A stretch of 64,000 nt of DNA from Cirrosporium novae-zelandiae. Taxonomy: Eukaryota. The stretch lies in contig JAPETS010000003.1 of NCBI GenBank assembly GCA_026023565.1, positions 930,001-994,000 on the forward strand, written 5' to 3'. This document shows positions 49,495 to 62,624 of the stretch, piece by piece (within the stretch, counting starts at the first letter, position 1; each line of letters begins with the position of its first letter). The position numbers were made by a program, and so were the translations under genes. The notes under the pieces are model-generated. The model was not told where the DNA came from. It was given only the letters and a program-made list of their open reading frames with translations, and made no database searches.

Positions 49495-51211
49495 TTGGGT
49501 GCAGAAATATTTTATGTTGAAAATGAATATAATCCTTGAGATCTCTCAGGAATTCCAAATACAGAAGTCGACTTTGGCCCACAACTGATTGCGATTAATG
49601 TCCTACTATGGAGTGACAAACTTTGCCGGAGTTTTCTCCTGCTAATGTTCTAGGCATTCAGATATGTGGGAGGGGTAAAGACTAGCGGCATACTGTGTAA
49701 GGATCCAGGCACGTCTTCTGTAAGGTCCTGAGAAGGTGAGGCAACTCGGCGGGATGAATTCGGACGATAGAGAACTCGAGTCGGCTCCGTGTCTAGTCTA
49801 AGGCAGCAGGCGCTTGACCTAGACCTAGGGTTTCCTAAAACCTTGCATTGGACCCTTTGTTTGCCAAAGGCACAAGGGCCATCGCCGTTGTGGTTCCCCG
49901 GACACGGAACGCTGGAGAAACTTGCAATGATGAGGCTAATGGTATAAGCAAGTACAAAAGTTCGGTGAGCATGAAACCATAGTACATACAGGGCGGGACG
50001 CGTGAGAGTGCCTTGGCTAATGTTAAACCGGATGGTTGTGCATAGTCTTAAAATATATGTCCTGGTCAACGATAAAGTAAGCCTATATCCATTTGCTTAA
50101 ACACCCCGTCATGGTGGGGCCTGTCCGTTGGCTGCTGACTGAGAGTGATAGCAGAAGATTCCTCCGTCGCACGAAGTAGCAACAACTTTACCCAGATGAC
50201 TAGTCTCGACGTTTGATTTCAAAGGGAATGTATGTGAGCATTGAGATTATAGGGAACCTCCTTTACTCCTGAAAGTATTCCCCAACTACAGAAGAGTGCT
50301 GGGCTCCAGGAAACCGAAGGACAGAGATGGTTCTACGACAACGTTGGGATGGTTGAGCTGATGAGTTAATTCCAATCCTAGACCAAACAATCAAAACTGT
50401 AACTAACTAAGGGACCTATTTTGCAGGGGCTCCAATGTTTAGGTCTATGCAAGTAATCGACGATAAGGCACGAATATTTGGTAGATCTTTGCCTGCCACT
50501 AGCTCCTCCGATCAGGCATAGGGGGCCTAATTTAGATCTTTATCGTGAGAAGCAGGGACCCGCAGGGCTTTGATTTTACCGCTGGTGATGAAGCTGGATC
50601 AGGATGGTGTCTGATGTCTGGTGTCTGGCATCTGAGGTCCTGAGGCCTGAGGGTCTTGCCGTCTCACCTTCAGCTACATCAAATAAATAAGGCAAGATCA
50701 TCTGGTGGGGTAACATATGACTAGTAGATTGAGATGGATCAAAATAAAGTTTGATATCAGGACAATGTACTGCAATAAGAATGGTTGCACAAGCTCTAAA
50801 AAAACAAGAAAGGGATGTTCGATGTTATATAGATGATCATATCCATTATGAGTTAAAAGGGTGGCTAGGAGCAAGGCTCATTCGAATGTTCTTTTTGACT
50901 TGGGAGATATTCGGAAGGAGAGCGATGTGCAGACGATCTCGCCCTATTTTAATTTTTGATTTTAGCAGTGTTCTCGAATCAGGTGAATATGAATGGATGG
51001 ATGGGTGAATGGATGGATGGATGGATTAATATCATGAAAGGAACGGGCATGTTGTGTTGTATTGTGTTGTGTCGAGCTAGACTGTGTTTCCGGTTCGTGT
51101 CGGGATTCGGGAAAGTAGGGGGAGTCGGGATAACTAATTGGAGGTGTTTGTTTTATTTTTTGTTTGTTTCATTTGTTTTCAGTTCCAGAAACATTTTCAG
51201 GCTTTTTCAAG

Positions 51212-51257
51212 CATTTCAGACATTCCAGACATTCCAGACATTCCAGACATTTCAGAT
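51212..51257 (+). repeat. 9-bp tandem repeat (CATTYCAGA) x5
   Basis: catttcaga cattccaga cattccaga cattccaga catttcaga. Confidence 0.85.
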
Positions 51258-52086
51258 ATTCTATCGGTGGGTTTTTTGAACTAATTGCTATAGCTTGCTT
51301 CTCAATTGCTTGCAATAGCTTCCAATAGCTTGCAATTAAATAGCTTAAACAGCAGCTCTTTTAGTGCAATGCATTCATTTCATTTCATTCCATTCATTCC
51401 ACTCAGGAAGGTCTCAGGTCAATAATATAAGGTACTACTTACATGATGCATGTATGAGCTGTCCTCAAACAAGTGCCATGGTGCCCTGAATAGAGAGAGG
51501 GTGACCCCCCCCCCCCCCCCCCCCCCAAACTCCCCCCCCGATACCCGATACTTCTTCGCTTCTGAGCCTTCTTAGTATGGCATGGCCTTATTAAAAAAAA
51601 AAAAGGTGAGGCTGACAACACGACACACCGCATATGACGGGGCAGCCAACTATTTCGAGCCCTGCAATTACAACCTCGCGGCTCCATGACTATGGCTCAC
51701 TATGGCTGGCCATGGCTGGCCATAGCTGGCTATGGATTTTGCTTCAATTCAACGTAACTTCAATACCAGCCAAGGGTCATTCCCCAAATATTTAATTTGA
51801 ATGATTGGATATAGCAAAGTTTTTTTCAGCTGTTTCCTCACCAGCATAAATGGCTCAGAGTATCTCTCACCCTTTGCTTCTCTACCCATCTCATTCTTCA
51901 CAAAATTTGCTTTAGCCAGAAGTGGATGATCTGAGCGGTTTAACCTCCCTATCCATCGGTACCTTATCGAAAAAGAACACGTCCCTTGCACCTTGTCCCT
52001 CACATCCACCGACACAGACCCTACGCTGACCCTACGCTGACCCTTCGAAGCCACCTGCATTTCACCCAAAGCTGTTTCTTGCAGAC

Positions 52087-52595
52087 ATGTCACCACGACA
52101 AGATTATTTTCTCCCAGGCTGGGGAATCTCAAAACAAATCATCTTCAGCCAATTACAATATTATTTGGGACCCGACAGCACTGTTCGACCATACTCCTAC
52201 AAGGTCTCTATCCACCGCCAAGTTCCCCGCCTATAATCTCCACACCCTCGCCGCTGACTCTCCTTCCCATCAGGGCCGCGAAGGCTACCTCATTTCTTCA
52301 TCGTCAACTCCTCTGACAAAAGTGTGAACTCCCTGGTGCTTGACAAGCTTTTTTTTACTGATTCCGTCCAATCCAGACCCAAATCGAAGACCTCCAAAAC
52401 CTTTCCCGCCAGTATGAAGAGCAATGCGCCCAGCGCATGGCATCTACCAGCAGCGCCAGCAGCACCGTTAGTAGCGCCTCTTCGAATGGCAGCTCGACCG
52501 ACCCAGAACCTTATATCAATCAACCGGTACCAATGATACAACGTGAGCACCGTCGACGACGAGAAGACGAACGCTCAAGTCGTAGGAGAAGGTGA
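52087..52595 (+). CDS. Small RfeG-like fungal protein (127 aa); exons 52087-52203, 52274-52321, 52377-52595; missed by the ORF track
   Basis: Spliced product MSPRQDYFLPGWGISKQIIFSQLQYYLGPDSTVRPYSYKGREGYLISSSSTPLTKTQIEDLQNLSRQYEEQ...RSSRRRR. Both introns are phase 0 with CTGAC/CTGAT branch sites. The pattern YF.P..GI....I...YLG.D..VRP..GY.I...LT...I.DL recalls the RfeG family. Confidence 0.8.
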
Positions 52596-54370
52596 ATGCC
52601 ATCTTCGAATATAATTATCTTCTCCTTTGTGTTTTGAAGAGAAGCAAGAGGAGGCGCGGAAAATGGATCCTGACAAATATACGTTCAGTGATGAATTGAA
52701 ATGAAATGATACCGGGCGGCTCATATTTGATTGATTGGCTGGCGTCCAGCCGAATTCCTACCTGTCTCGGATTGATGGCCCACGATTCCGTCATTTAATT
52801 GCTACCGCGAATCAGGGATCTATGATGCCGTCCCCGATAATGATCATACTAATATTATACGTTTATCAATCACTCTGCTCTAGAGGTGCTCTGGAATTAG
52901 TCTGTATGGGAAACAGATGGTGGCAATTTGGTCTCCTTCGTTTCTAGGCTTTGACCAGAGTTCCTTCGTTGGAATATTCAGTATAAGGTTTCAAGTGGAA
53001 TGGATAGGCACTTTGGGTTCACGTTTATTAAAGAATACGATATGATGATGGGATGACTGGACATGACGACTCTTATTCCTTATTTTAATATATCAAAATC
53101 ACGAAAAGCAAACGGGCAAAAAACAGGAAAAGTGTGGTCGATGTTCTATGTACGATTTCAACAATCGTTTACTGCAGAGATACGCTGGTGGCTACTCTCT
53201 TAGATACCTAGCTCACTAAATGCTGCCGAGCTTTTTTTTTTTGGCTTTGGGCCTTGGATATCTTTCCGGTGTTTTGAGCATGCGTATGAAAGCCATCTGG
53301 CACAAGAAGAATGGTGAATGAACTGCATCATGTTTGTACAGTCAAGAGTTTCTTCTCTTGAAGAATATAAATTCTATCGTACACTCATGTTCCTCTTTTC
53401 CCGACTCATATTGCCTAAAATGCAAGTCATTTTCTGACAGCGCACAGCTCAACAGTTCTCCACTGTCACCCGTATGATCCTTTTTCGTCCCACGCCCCAC
53501 ACTCTCGCGCCAATTTACTATTTGTCGCCGACGGATGCAAGGAATCACGACATAGCCACGCCCCGGTTCAGTTCGAGTGCTACCTTATGCACGCTCTGTG
53601 GGATTAGATGGTAAAATATTAAGAAAACATCTAGGGTTTGCATTAGTTAAGTGTTTCCCTCGCTATGGAGTGCAGTTTAAAGGTGAGGAAGTCAAGGTAA
53701 GTCAATATAAGAGAGCTATATAGAATCAGGAGACAGCTAGTGTCAACAGACAGACAAAGAAAATAGAGCACAGCTGTTAGACTAATAGAATACGATAGGT
53801 AGAGCCTCTTCACAATTATTACTATGGACTACTTGTATCTACCAAGTATACTAGATATAGATATGTATTACCACATTAGGCCTAGCTTTTGAACAGAACC
53901 GATTTGTAAATCGTCATCCTTACACAATACACGCAAACGATCTACACTTCTTCCATCGAAGGATCGTAATACAAATCTTCGGTAGTTCTTACTAAATCCA
54001 AACCCTTTTAAATACTAGATTTAGGGTATCCGATCGATCAATGACGTACTGTAGTGGTAGTAGTGGGAGTGGTGGGGGGAGGGGGTGAGAAAGAAGGAGG
54101 GTGATCGTGATGATGATCTGCCCGACGGAATGCCCGGCGGGCAACTACTAGTACACAACATGAGATAGACCCTACATTTCCCCAATCCGATATGATAACA
54201 ACAAGCAAAGAGGAAGAAAAGAAATTACACAGGACCAATCCATTTTCAGAAAACTTGTCACACTATACTCATCATTACTCCTACTCAACATACAGCGTAA
54301 CACGACACAACGCTACACAACACGACAAATATCCCATTACCGTTTGAACCTTTTTTTTTCCTTTGCGAAA

Positions 54371-55366
54371 ATGTCCCCCCATATTGTCCTAGCGTTTGAT
54401 GTGTACGGGACGTTGCTGTTGACGTCGTCGATGGCGGAGAAGCTAGCGGAATATTTTGGGGACGAGAAGGCTGCGAAGGTGGCGGCGGATTGGAGGATGC
54501 TGCAGTTGGAGTATACGTGGAGGTGGAATAGTATGGGTGAGTTGAGCTGCGTGAGTGATTAAGCAGCATACGCAAACACTTTTTCCATTGAAGGGAGTTC
54601 TATTTGACGATTGAAATTATTTCACCTATTATGTTTTCATAGTCTTCAAAAAAAAAAAAAAACAAGAGCTCCGACACACATATTTCTATTTCTTCCGTAG
54701 TCTAACAACCATCTCTCTCTCTCTCATTTAGAAAAATACACCTCCTACTCAACCATAACCCGCAGCTCCCTCCACCACGCCCTCTCGCTATCCAACCTAA
54801 CCCTCTCCCCCACCGCCACCGACGCCCTAATGACGAACTACAATTCCCTCTCTCGATTCCCCGACGTCTCTCCCGCGTTCTCCGCCCTCCGAACCACCAT
54901 CACCACCACTTCCCCCAACGACCAACACCCCATAACAATAACCCCCGTAATATTCAGCAACGGCCCCATATCAATGCTCCAAGCCTACCTCTCCTCGCCC
55001 CCCTCACTCGCACCCCACGCGGACATATTCAAAAAACTAATCTCCGTGGACGAAATGCCGGAGGGCGAGAAAAGGTATAAACCGCATCCGAGTGTCTATG
55101 AGCATTTAGTGAAGGAAATGGAGGTGGAAAGGGGAGATGTGTGGCTGATTAGCGGGAATCCATTTGATATTGTGGGGGCGAACATGTACGGATTGAGGAC
55201 TTGTTGGGTTGATAGGGAGGGGAAGGGGTGGGTGGATCGGTCTGTCGTCGAGGTGGAGGGGAAGGGGAGGCCGGATTTGATTGTTCATAGCTTGAGCGAT
55301 ATGGTGGGGAGGGTTACGGAGTGGGTTGAGGGGAAGGGAAAGGGAGGGGAGGGGGGCAGGGTGTAA
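54371..55366 (+). CDS. HAD-superfamily haloacid dehalogenase type II-like hydrolase; 2 exons
   Basis: FDVYGTL (motif I), WR..QLEYTWR, IFSNG, YKPHP.VY and LISGNPFDIVGA..GLRTCWVDR. Confidence 0.93.
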
Positions 55367-56843
55367 GTAAGTGATTATCAGGATGAGGGCTTGTGGGCTG
55401 AAGTGTTGATATTTGCGTGCCTATTGTCTATATGTCATTAACCCGCTATCTGCTTTCTATCAAGAGAAGACCTCAGAAAGCGAGTGAAGTACAGAAGAAG
55501 AAGAAAAAAAAGCCTACACACAATACAATATCTACGCACTTAACACCCTCGAAGCTAAGATTCCAAATGAAAATTACAAGCCCCTGTTGGGGGAGGGGCA
55601 TCATAATCCCTTACAATGAAAAACATATCAAATACACACACGAACGAACGAACGAATGAATGAATAGTCCAAGCCATGAAAGTAGAAGAAATTCCCCAAA
55701 CCCTAAATCCCTAATAATTTACCTCACTTTCCATATATAATCTGGAAAAAAAAACCTACACGGTTTGAAAAGTATTCTTGTATTTGGAACCCACCCCTTC
55801 TTCTGTGAGTGGTGGTGATGATGGTCCTACTTTACTTAACTTTTTCATTTGTGATCAGATTGGTCTCGGTGGATATAGATATATATTTTTTGTCTCTCTC
55901 CTTCGGAAGGGGGGGGGGGTATAGAGTTTCTCCGGGACTGCTGCTGTTGGGAAGGTGTGGTGTTGGAACGCATACATAGTAGTAAAGTATATCTATCTAA
56001 AGTTTCGGGATTCAGAAATGGGAGAACATCTAGGAGTTATGTCTTGGATAACGAAGTCTCTTCTCTCGGTGGATACATAACGGCGGTAGCAGGCTTTTCA
56101 GGATATTTAGGTGTTTTTTGTTTGGAATAATATTAATCTTAATTCTTTGGGAGTTCTATATTAGCTATAGATAATGAGACCGCAATGAAAACCGGCTTGC
56201 TAGCTAGCTGGTTAGCTAGGATTATGACTTGAGCTTTTAGAGTTTGGTTCTTCTTGGCTTGAAGAGGAGGAGGAGGAGGAGCGAGATTACGGGGAACACA
56301 CATTTATGGTTGAGAGAGAGCTAAAGGAAGAGAGGGTTATTATTCATTGACTTGTTGTGTCTTATTTGGAATTTATAGGGTTTTTTTTCGAACCTATTCT
56401 TCATACTTATTTATGTTGACTCACTCGTGGAGGTATAGGTGTATGTTCATTTCGTGAAATTGTTAGGAGGAAGGAGGATAGTTGAAGGTGCCTTCGTGAG
56501 CGCGCTCGCTATATGCGAAAAAGCTGTTTTTTTTTGGATGGAGATATATTTCGGGGTGTGTATTGACATGGAATGTGACAAGGTCTTCTTTTGTGGGAGA
56601 GCTTGTATCTATGTCGTAAAGAGAAGCAACCACGGCTTAACTGTCGAAGAAATCAAAGGACTAAAAACCTCCTTTCAGATGACGTAGAATGCCAACAATA
56701 AAATGATGAAAATTCAGATTCGATTTCTAAGATGCTAGACTTACCCTCCCTCCGTGGAATAAACAAGGGAAACCCAATATAAAGACTGCGCCAAAAGTCC
56801 GGCCGTGTTTTTTTTATCCGTTCATTAAAATCATCCGGGGGTA

Positions 56844-58423
56844 TTATGCATCGATTAGCATGGTATCATCTCCACCATCGCCCATACCCTCTTGGAGCAC
56901 GACTCCTCTCCCTCTACCGGCCAACAGTTCCCTCCTAATATCGGGAGCGATGCTTGCATGCCCCCTAACTAGAAGCAGGTCCAATAGTGCTTCTCTCTGA
57001 TCCTCCGTAATGTCGTTGTGATAGCGCTCCGCGAAGACCTTGAGGCTCTGGTGCCACATCACAGGTAGCTTATTGTCTCCTCCAGCTACTACTCCGGGGT
57101 TCACTCCACTCATCGCTTGATCGCCACCGGTTGTAGCCGTATCGACGGCTCGGAACCGTAGGAAATGAAATACAAGTGCATCAATGACTTTGTAGGGAAG
57201 GGCGTACTTTTTATCCAAGAGGGTCTTAATAAACACGTTTGCGGCGCTGCTCTTCTCCGCATTGCTGGACATCTGTTCGGCTGCAATATCGCAGAGTCGG
57301 AGAAGAGCTGCTGCAGAGTGCAGGACGGGGATTGATACCCGTGCAAGCACGCTTTGGATTATATGGGCTTCTCGTACGCTGCATGTACCGCCGCTCACTA
57401 GGGGAAAGAGAAATCCCTTGAAAAAGGCCGCTGGCTTGTAGAGCGCCTTCTTGAGGGCTTTGTAGAGATGCACGTTGAGCTTTCGAGTCTCACGGATATC
57501 GTCGCGGACGTGGTCGAGGATAACCCATTCTAGGAATCTTTGAACGATATGAGGCTTGGAGGAAACAAATATTCGAGTAGCTTCGTAGCACGCATTTGGA
57601 GTCCAATCTTCGGGTCGGGTTATGGAGAGAATATCCTCCCAGTGGGGAAGAGAAGGGATGATCTTGAATGGTTTGGGGAGTTTTCCTGACTTGTAGCGAG
57701 AGAGAAATATGCCGATTCTGGTGATGTATTAGAAAGACTGGGCTTGAACGCATGGCGTCGTAAACATACTGAGAATACACCTCCACTACTTTCGCGGGAA
57801 GTTCAATTGCGTCCTCGGGAGCTCCTCCACCTAGGACTTTTGGTTGGCCTCCCTGATTTGCTTCGTGCTCTGCTATTTTCTCAAGAATCAGGTCCGCTAG
57901 GTTTGTCCCTTGGCCTTCCCCGGTCGCTTCATTATTCGGCGCCGTGTCGAATGTAGGCTCCACACCTGCCGGTATGAATTTGTTGAATAACGCAAGATCA
58001 CTTGGGTCGACTTCCTAGGACCGCAGTCAGAAAAAAACATCTTGCAACAACAAAGCAATTGGACCTCACCACCTCCTCAACTATCTCCTCCTCATCACCC
58101 CAAGCTTCATCTTCATTCAGCGCCAGATCCTCCTCCTCCGACTCGTCATCTTCTCCAAACCTCGATTCGAAATTGAAGGCTATATTTGGCGCATTTGATC
58201 TCTGTTCCTGAAGCTCCTCCTCCACCAAGTCTTGTCCAATCTTCAGAATTTTCCTTGAGGCTTTTGAATCTACAAAGCGCTCCTCTTCACCATCTTCTGT
58301 CCTAGCTCTCCGCTTGCCTGACTTTGTTCTTAGATGTCCATTATTGAGAATATCTTCACCCAGTGGATTGTGTCTGCGCATCTGCCTCACAGTCGAGGTG
58401 GTAGGGGAAACTGCCTTGGGCAT
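56844..58423 (-). CDS. ENP1: Bystin / pre-40S assembly factor; 3 exons
   Basis: RHNPL, SRKILKIGQDL, LSRYKSGKLPKPFKI, ALKKALYKPAAFFKG, LLDKKYALPY and LPVMWHQSL..F..RY. Confidence 0.96.
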
Positions 58424-58674
58424 GATTGTGTGCACTGATCAGTTCATGAGGGTTTTCGTAGTAGTCACTTTTGGTCCAGAGATCGTTCAAGAATAATTTG
58501 CTGGCAGTAAGGTTACCACAGTATAGTGATTGCAGTACAGTGAGTATTGGAGTTTTAAGTTGGCAGTGATTTGTGTGCTTTCTATCTAATCAAGATTTTG
58601 ATAGTGATTGAAGGTGCGGGCGGAGAAATTTGAAAACCCACCGCCTTCTTACAGAGGCAATTTTACCCGAGATC

Positions 58675-60839
58675 ATGTCGCCTAGAATTACCCATTCAAG
58701 AGCTATGAGAGAACAAAATGACGCTTCCTCAACACCAGCAGCACCTATTGCTGCTACTCGATCTCGAGCTCAACAAGAGAAAAATCATACACCCTCTCCT
58801 CAAGCTAAGGCCCCGCGTCGCTCAGCTCGAATAATGAGTGAGGCTCTAGCAGCCGGCGGAGGCACTACGCCAAGTAACATCATCCCTCAAAAGCGCCTCG
58901 CCGACGATGTCAACGATCCAACCAAGCCTTCTGTTTCCTCTCCCTTGAACCCCGACTTCAATTCCAGCACCTCTCGTGCCAAGCGCGCCCCCGCCCGTGA
59001 GCAGCGTGAAAAGAAGGATTCATTAAAGAAGCGAGAATCAAAATCTACACCCAGTGCTGAATCTGCACGCGGAGATACCCCGGAGAAGAGCTCTGGAGGA
59101 GGCAGGAAGGGCAGCAAGAAAGGAGTGGCACAGGCAGGGCAACAGGTGCTTTCGCCGTTGAGATATAAACTTCCTCCCCCAAAACCAGCAGATTTCAATG
59201 CCCCTAGCCAACCTGCACTTATCCCCCATCATGTTAAGACTACGAGTGCAGGGACGCAGACTCAGTTCTTTGAGACCTCGGAGTTGTAAGTTACAACCTT
59301 TATATTCTGCAAACCAATATATTTAGAGATGGGTTAGAACCTGGCAATAATGCATTTGCTCAGCAGAGGATCGATTCTTTGTTGAGTGATGATAATTATC
59401 TTGCTTGGTATCCCGATAGCCCAGTGCGATGGTTCTTGTTTAATCTGAGATGGATTGAGCTCGCAGACGTTTAATTTCTAATTACTTTCTCCAATGCTCT
59501 TTGCTAACACTATTACAGCGTTCACAACAAAAAAGGTTTCCGCTATACCTACAGCATCGCCGATCCTTCTTTTCCTTCCTCGCTATACTACCGTCAAACG
59601 GAAACCGAGCCCTTTAACGCACATTTCTCCTTTGAAGATTCCTCACCTCACATTCTTTTCGACCAGCCCGCCAAAACTGTGACTACAGAGAAGGGCTTCC
59701 GCATGGCACGTGCCAATGTCGGCGCGAGAGAGGGAAATTGGTATTATGAGTGCAAGATAGTTAGTGGGATCAAGTCGAAGGATGCTCCAAATGGGAATGG
59801 CGATGATGCAGGCGGTCATGTTCGTCTAGGCTGGGCAAGAAGAGAAGCCAGTCTCGAAACTCCTGTTGGCTTCGATGCCTACAGCTACGGGCTGCGAGAT
59901 GTTTCTGGTCACAAGATGCACATGTCACGCCCGGCCTCATTCTTCCCCCCGGGTGAGGATATCTGCGAGGGCGACATCATCGGCCTTGAAATCAACCTGC
60001 CCTCGCTATCTCTCCATCGCAAGGTAGTCGAAGGCTCCTACAACAAAGCTGTGGATGTATCTCCCGAGCAGCAGGATGAGAATATAGCTGCAGTCTCGGA
60101 CATCATAAGGGATCGCGTACCTATACGGTATAAAAATCACGTTTATTTTGAGCATTTCGAATACCATACCACAAAAGAGCTTGAGGATCTTATGAACCCC
60201 TCACCCGTTAATACGCTAGGAGTAGATCCACCTCACCCTAATCATCCACAGATCCAACTTCGAACACTACCATTCTCTTGCATCAAAATCTATAAAAATG
60301 GCGTTTACATCGGCACTCCATTCACAAATCTCCTTGCTTTCCTTCCGCCAGCCTCAAAGCCCCAAAATCAACTCGGAGCCCGTGACGGCCTGGACGATGG
60401 AATACTAGGTTACTTTCCTGCTGTGAGCGTCTTCCGTGGTGGAGCTGCAGAAATAAACTTGGGACCCGATTTCTGGTATCCACCTCCTGGGTACATGAAC
60501 AAGTCAGACATACATGCCAACACAGACACCGCAATGCCCGACGCAGACGCCTCACCAGATCCCAGCAGCATCAACAAAACACCACTAACCATGCTCAGAC
60601 CAATTGGTGAGAGATATGATGAGCAGATAGCGGAGGATATTGTGTATGATTTGATTGATGAGGTGGACTTCTGGTTGCAGGACGGTGCATCGACAGACGT
60701 AAAAGATGCAGGAAATATGGCAAGCACTGTATTAGGGCCAGTGGATCCTGACGCGCCAGGCGTCGATGCTGCGGCTAGAGGTTTGGTTAACGGCAATCAT
60801 ACGGGGGAGATTAAAGAGATAGTGCAAGAGGATGAATAA
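58675..60839 (+). CDS. BRE2: COMPASS/Set1C SPRY subunit Bre2/Ash2 (CclA-like); intron ~59286-59518
   Basis: NKKGFRY, EKGFRMARANVG.REG.WYYE, GHVRLGWARREA.L..PVGFDAYSYG, GYFPAVSVF.GG and ERYDEQIAEDIVYDLIDEV (Sdc1/Dpy30-binding helix). Confidence 0.95.
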
Positions 60840-60932
60840 GCGGCTAATTGGATAAATTAAATTCCAGCATAGGCCGATTAGCGTGGTACTATCAATGGCG
60901 GTGTGGAAGTGAAAGAACTTTCTCGATCCATT

Positions 60933-62624
60933 TTATATTGATTCAATGAGTTGTCCAGCTTTGAGAACAAGGTCATCATCGCCGTATTGACCAATAACTT
61001 GCAGTCCAATTGGAAGAGTGCCAATGTCGGCTTTTGCATCGGGATTCTTGACAGGTATGCTAATTGCAGGGAGCCCAGCAAGACTAGCAGGGACAGTGAA
61101 GACGTCGCCCATGTAGATATTCACAGGCGACTGACTCTGGAGAGTTTCAAGGGTAGGGACCATCGTAGGTGCAGTGGGACAAACCAGCACATCAACTCCG
61201 TGGTTTTTTTCGAGAGTTGATGGGCACTCTAGGAGCGGGTTTGGGGACCCAAAAGCACGATCGAAATCTTGCTGTACCAGTCTCCGTACCTTTTGGGCTT
61301 GAATAAAATAATTGTCGAATGCTTCAGCGCTCAAAGAGTAAGCACCCAGGAGAATTCTCCGTTGAACCTCGAGCCCAAAATTGGTTCCACGGGTGTTGGC
61401 ATATAGAACCTTTCCTGTTCCTTCCGCTTCATCCTCTCTCGAACCGTAGCGAACACCGTCATATTTGGCCAGGTTAGAAGAGGCTTCCGCGGGAGCAAGA
61501 ATGTAGTACGCAGATAATGCTTGCTTGGTTGTGGGCAGAGAAACTTCGTGGATGGTATGACCATGGGATTTAAGGTTTTGCAGAACAGAGGCCCAAGACT
61601 GACGGATTTCCGGATCGAGTTCGGCAATGTTGTATTCCTTTGGGACTCCTATGCGAAGCAGGCCTTTAGTAAGGTTCTTTTGAGAAGATAATTCCCGAAG
61701 GCGATCCCGGGTGGCTGGAGAAAGATTTGTGGGATCTCGACTGTCGTGCCGGTTTATAATATCTAATCAAGAAAAAATAGTTAGCGATAAGATTTTGTAC
61801 ATCGCAACGAAATTAAGAGAACTGACCAAAGACTTCCCGGGCTTCTTGTACACGGCGAGCGAGGATCCCGACCGTATCTAGAGAATTTGCATATGCCACA
61901 ACACCCCATCTTGAAACAAGGCCATAAGATGGTTTGAACCCCACGATTCCGTTGTACGCCGCAGGCAGACGAACTGAACCTCCTGTATCAGTTCCCAGTG
62001 CCCTGCAAAATTGTCAGCTGCATTCGCGGATTTGGTATTCTGTGACATACGCATAGCATTGATCTGTAGCAACTGCAACCGCGCTTCCTCCTGAACTCCC
62101 GCCAGCTGAATATATCTTCTGGGAAGTACTTAGATGATTTTTCACAACACCGAATGCAGAATTTGCAGAATGCGATCTAGAGAGCAGATCTATTAGTACG
62201 GTGCAATCTATGTCTCATTATACTGCAGTATCTCACCCCATGCCAAATTCATCGAGATTAGTCTTCCCGGCAATGATAGCTCCATGTTCCTTTAATTGCT
62301 CAACTACCGCCGCATCGTAGGGGCTCGTAAAATTCTTCAAAATTCTAGAAGCACAGGTTGTAGGATAATCGGCGGTACAGATATTGTCCTTCACCGCTAT
62401 GAACCTGTCAAGAAGATTGGGTTTTCCATTTACTTGTAAATATTAGCGGGTGCAATATAGGTATACAGATACGGAAACCAACAGAAGGGACGAAGGTTTT
62501 CTGCCTTCTTGACCTGACGGCGTACTATATCCGGATTGTCGCGGGGCCTGATGAACGCGTTCAGGTGCTCGAAGTGCCTTTGGCGCTCCAAATATCGAGC
62601 TGCTCTTCCAAGCAACTCCGGCAT
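60933..62624 (-). CDS. HER2: Mitochondrial glutamyl-tRNA(Gln) amidotransferase subunit A (amidase signature); multi-exon
   Basis: [71 protein letters not shown] and [18 protein letters not shown]. Confidence 0.95.

Noticed and set aside
42900..49500. Amyloid signalling motifs (HET-s PFD, PP, sigma) linking the NLR to the HeLo-like gene
   Set aside because: I saw no N/Q/G-rich pseudo-repeat at the NLR N-terminus or at the C-terminus of the HeLo-like protein.
49650..50069. 139-aa minus-strand ORF and nearby small hairpins
   Set aside because: Non-ATG start, no motifs and no recognisable ncRNA family features.
51212..51257. CRISPR-like or prokaryotic repeat arrays
   Set aside because: The repeats are adjacent, with no spacers, and the window is eukaryotic.
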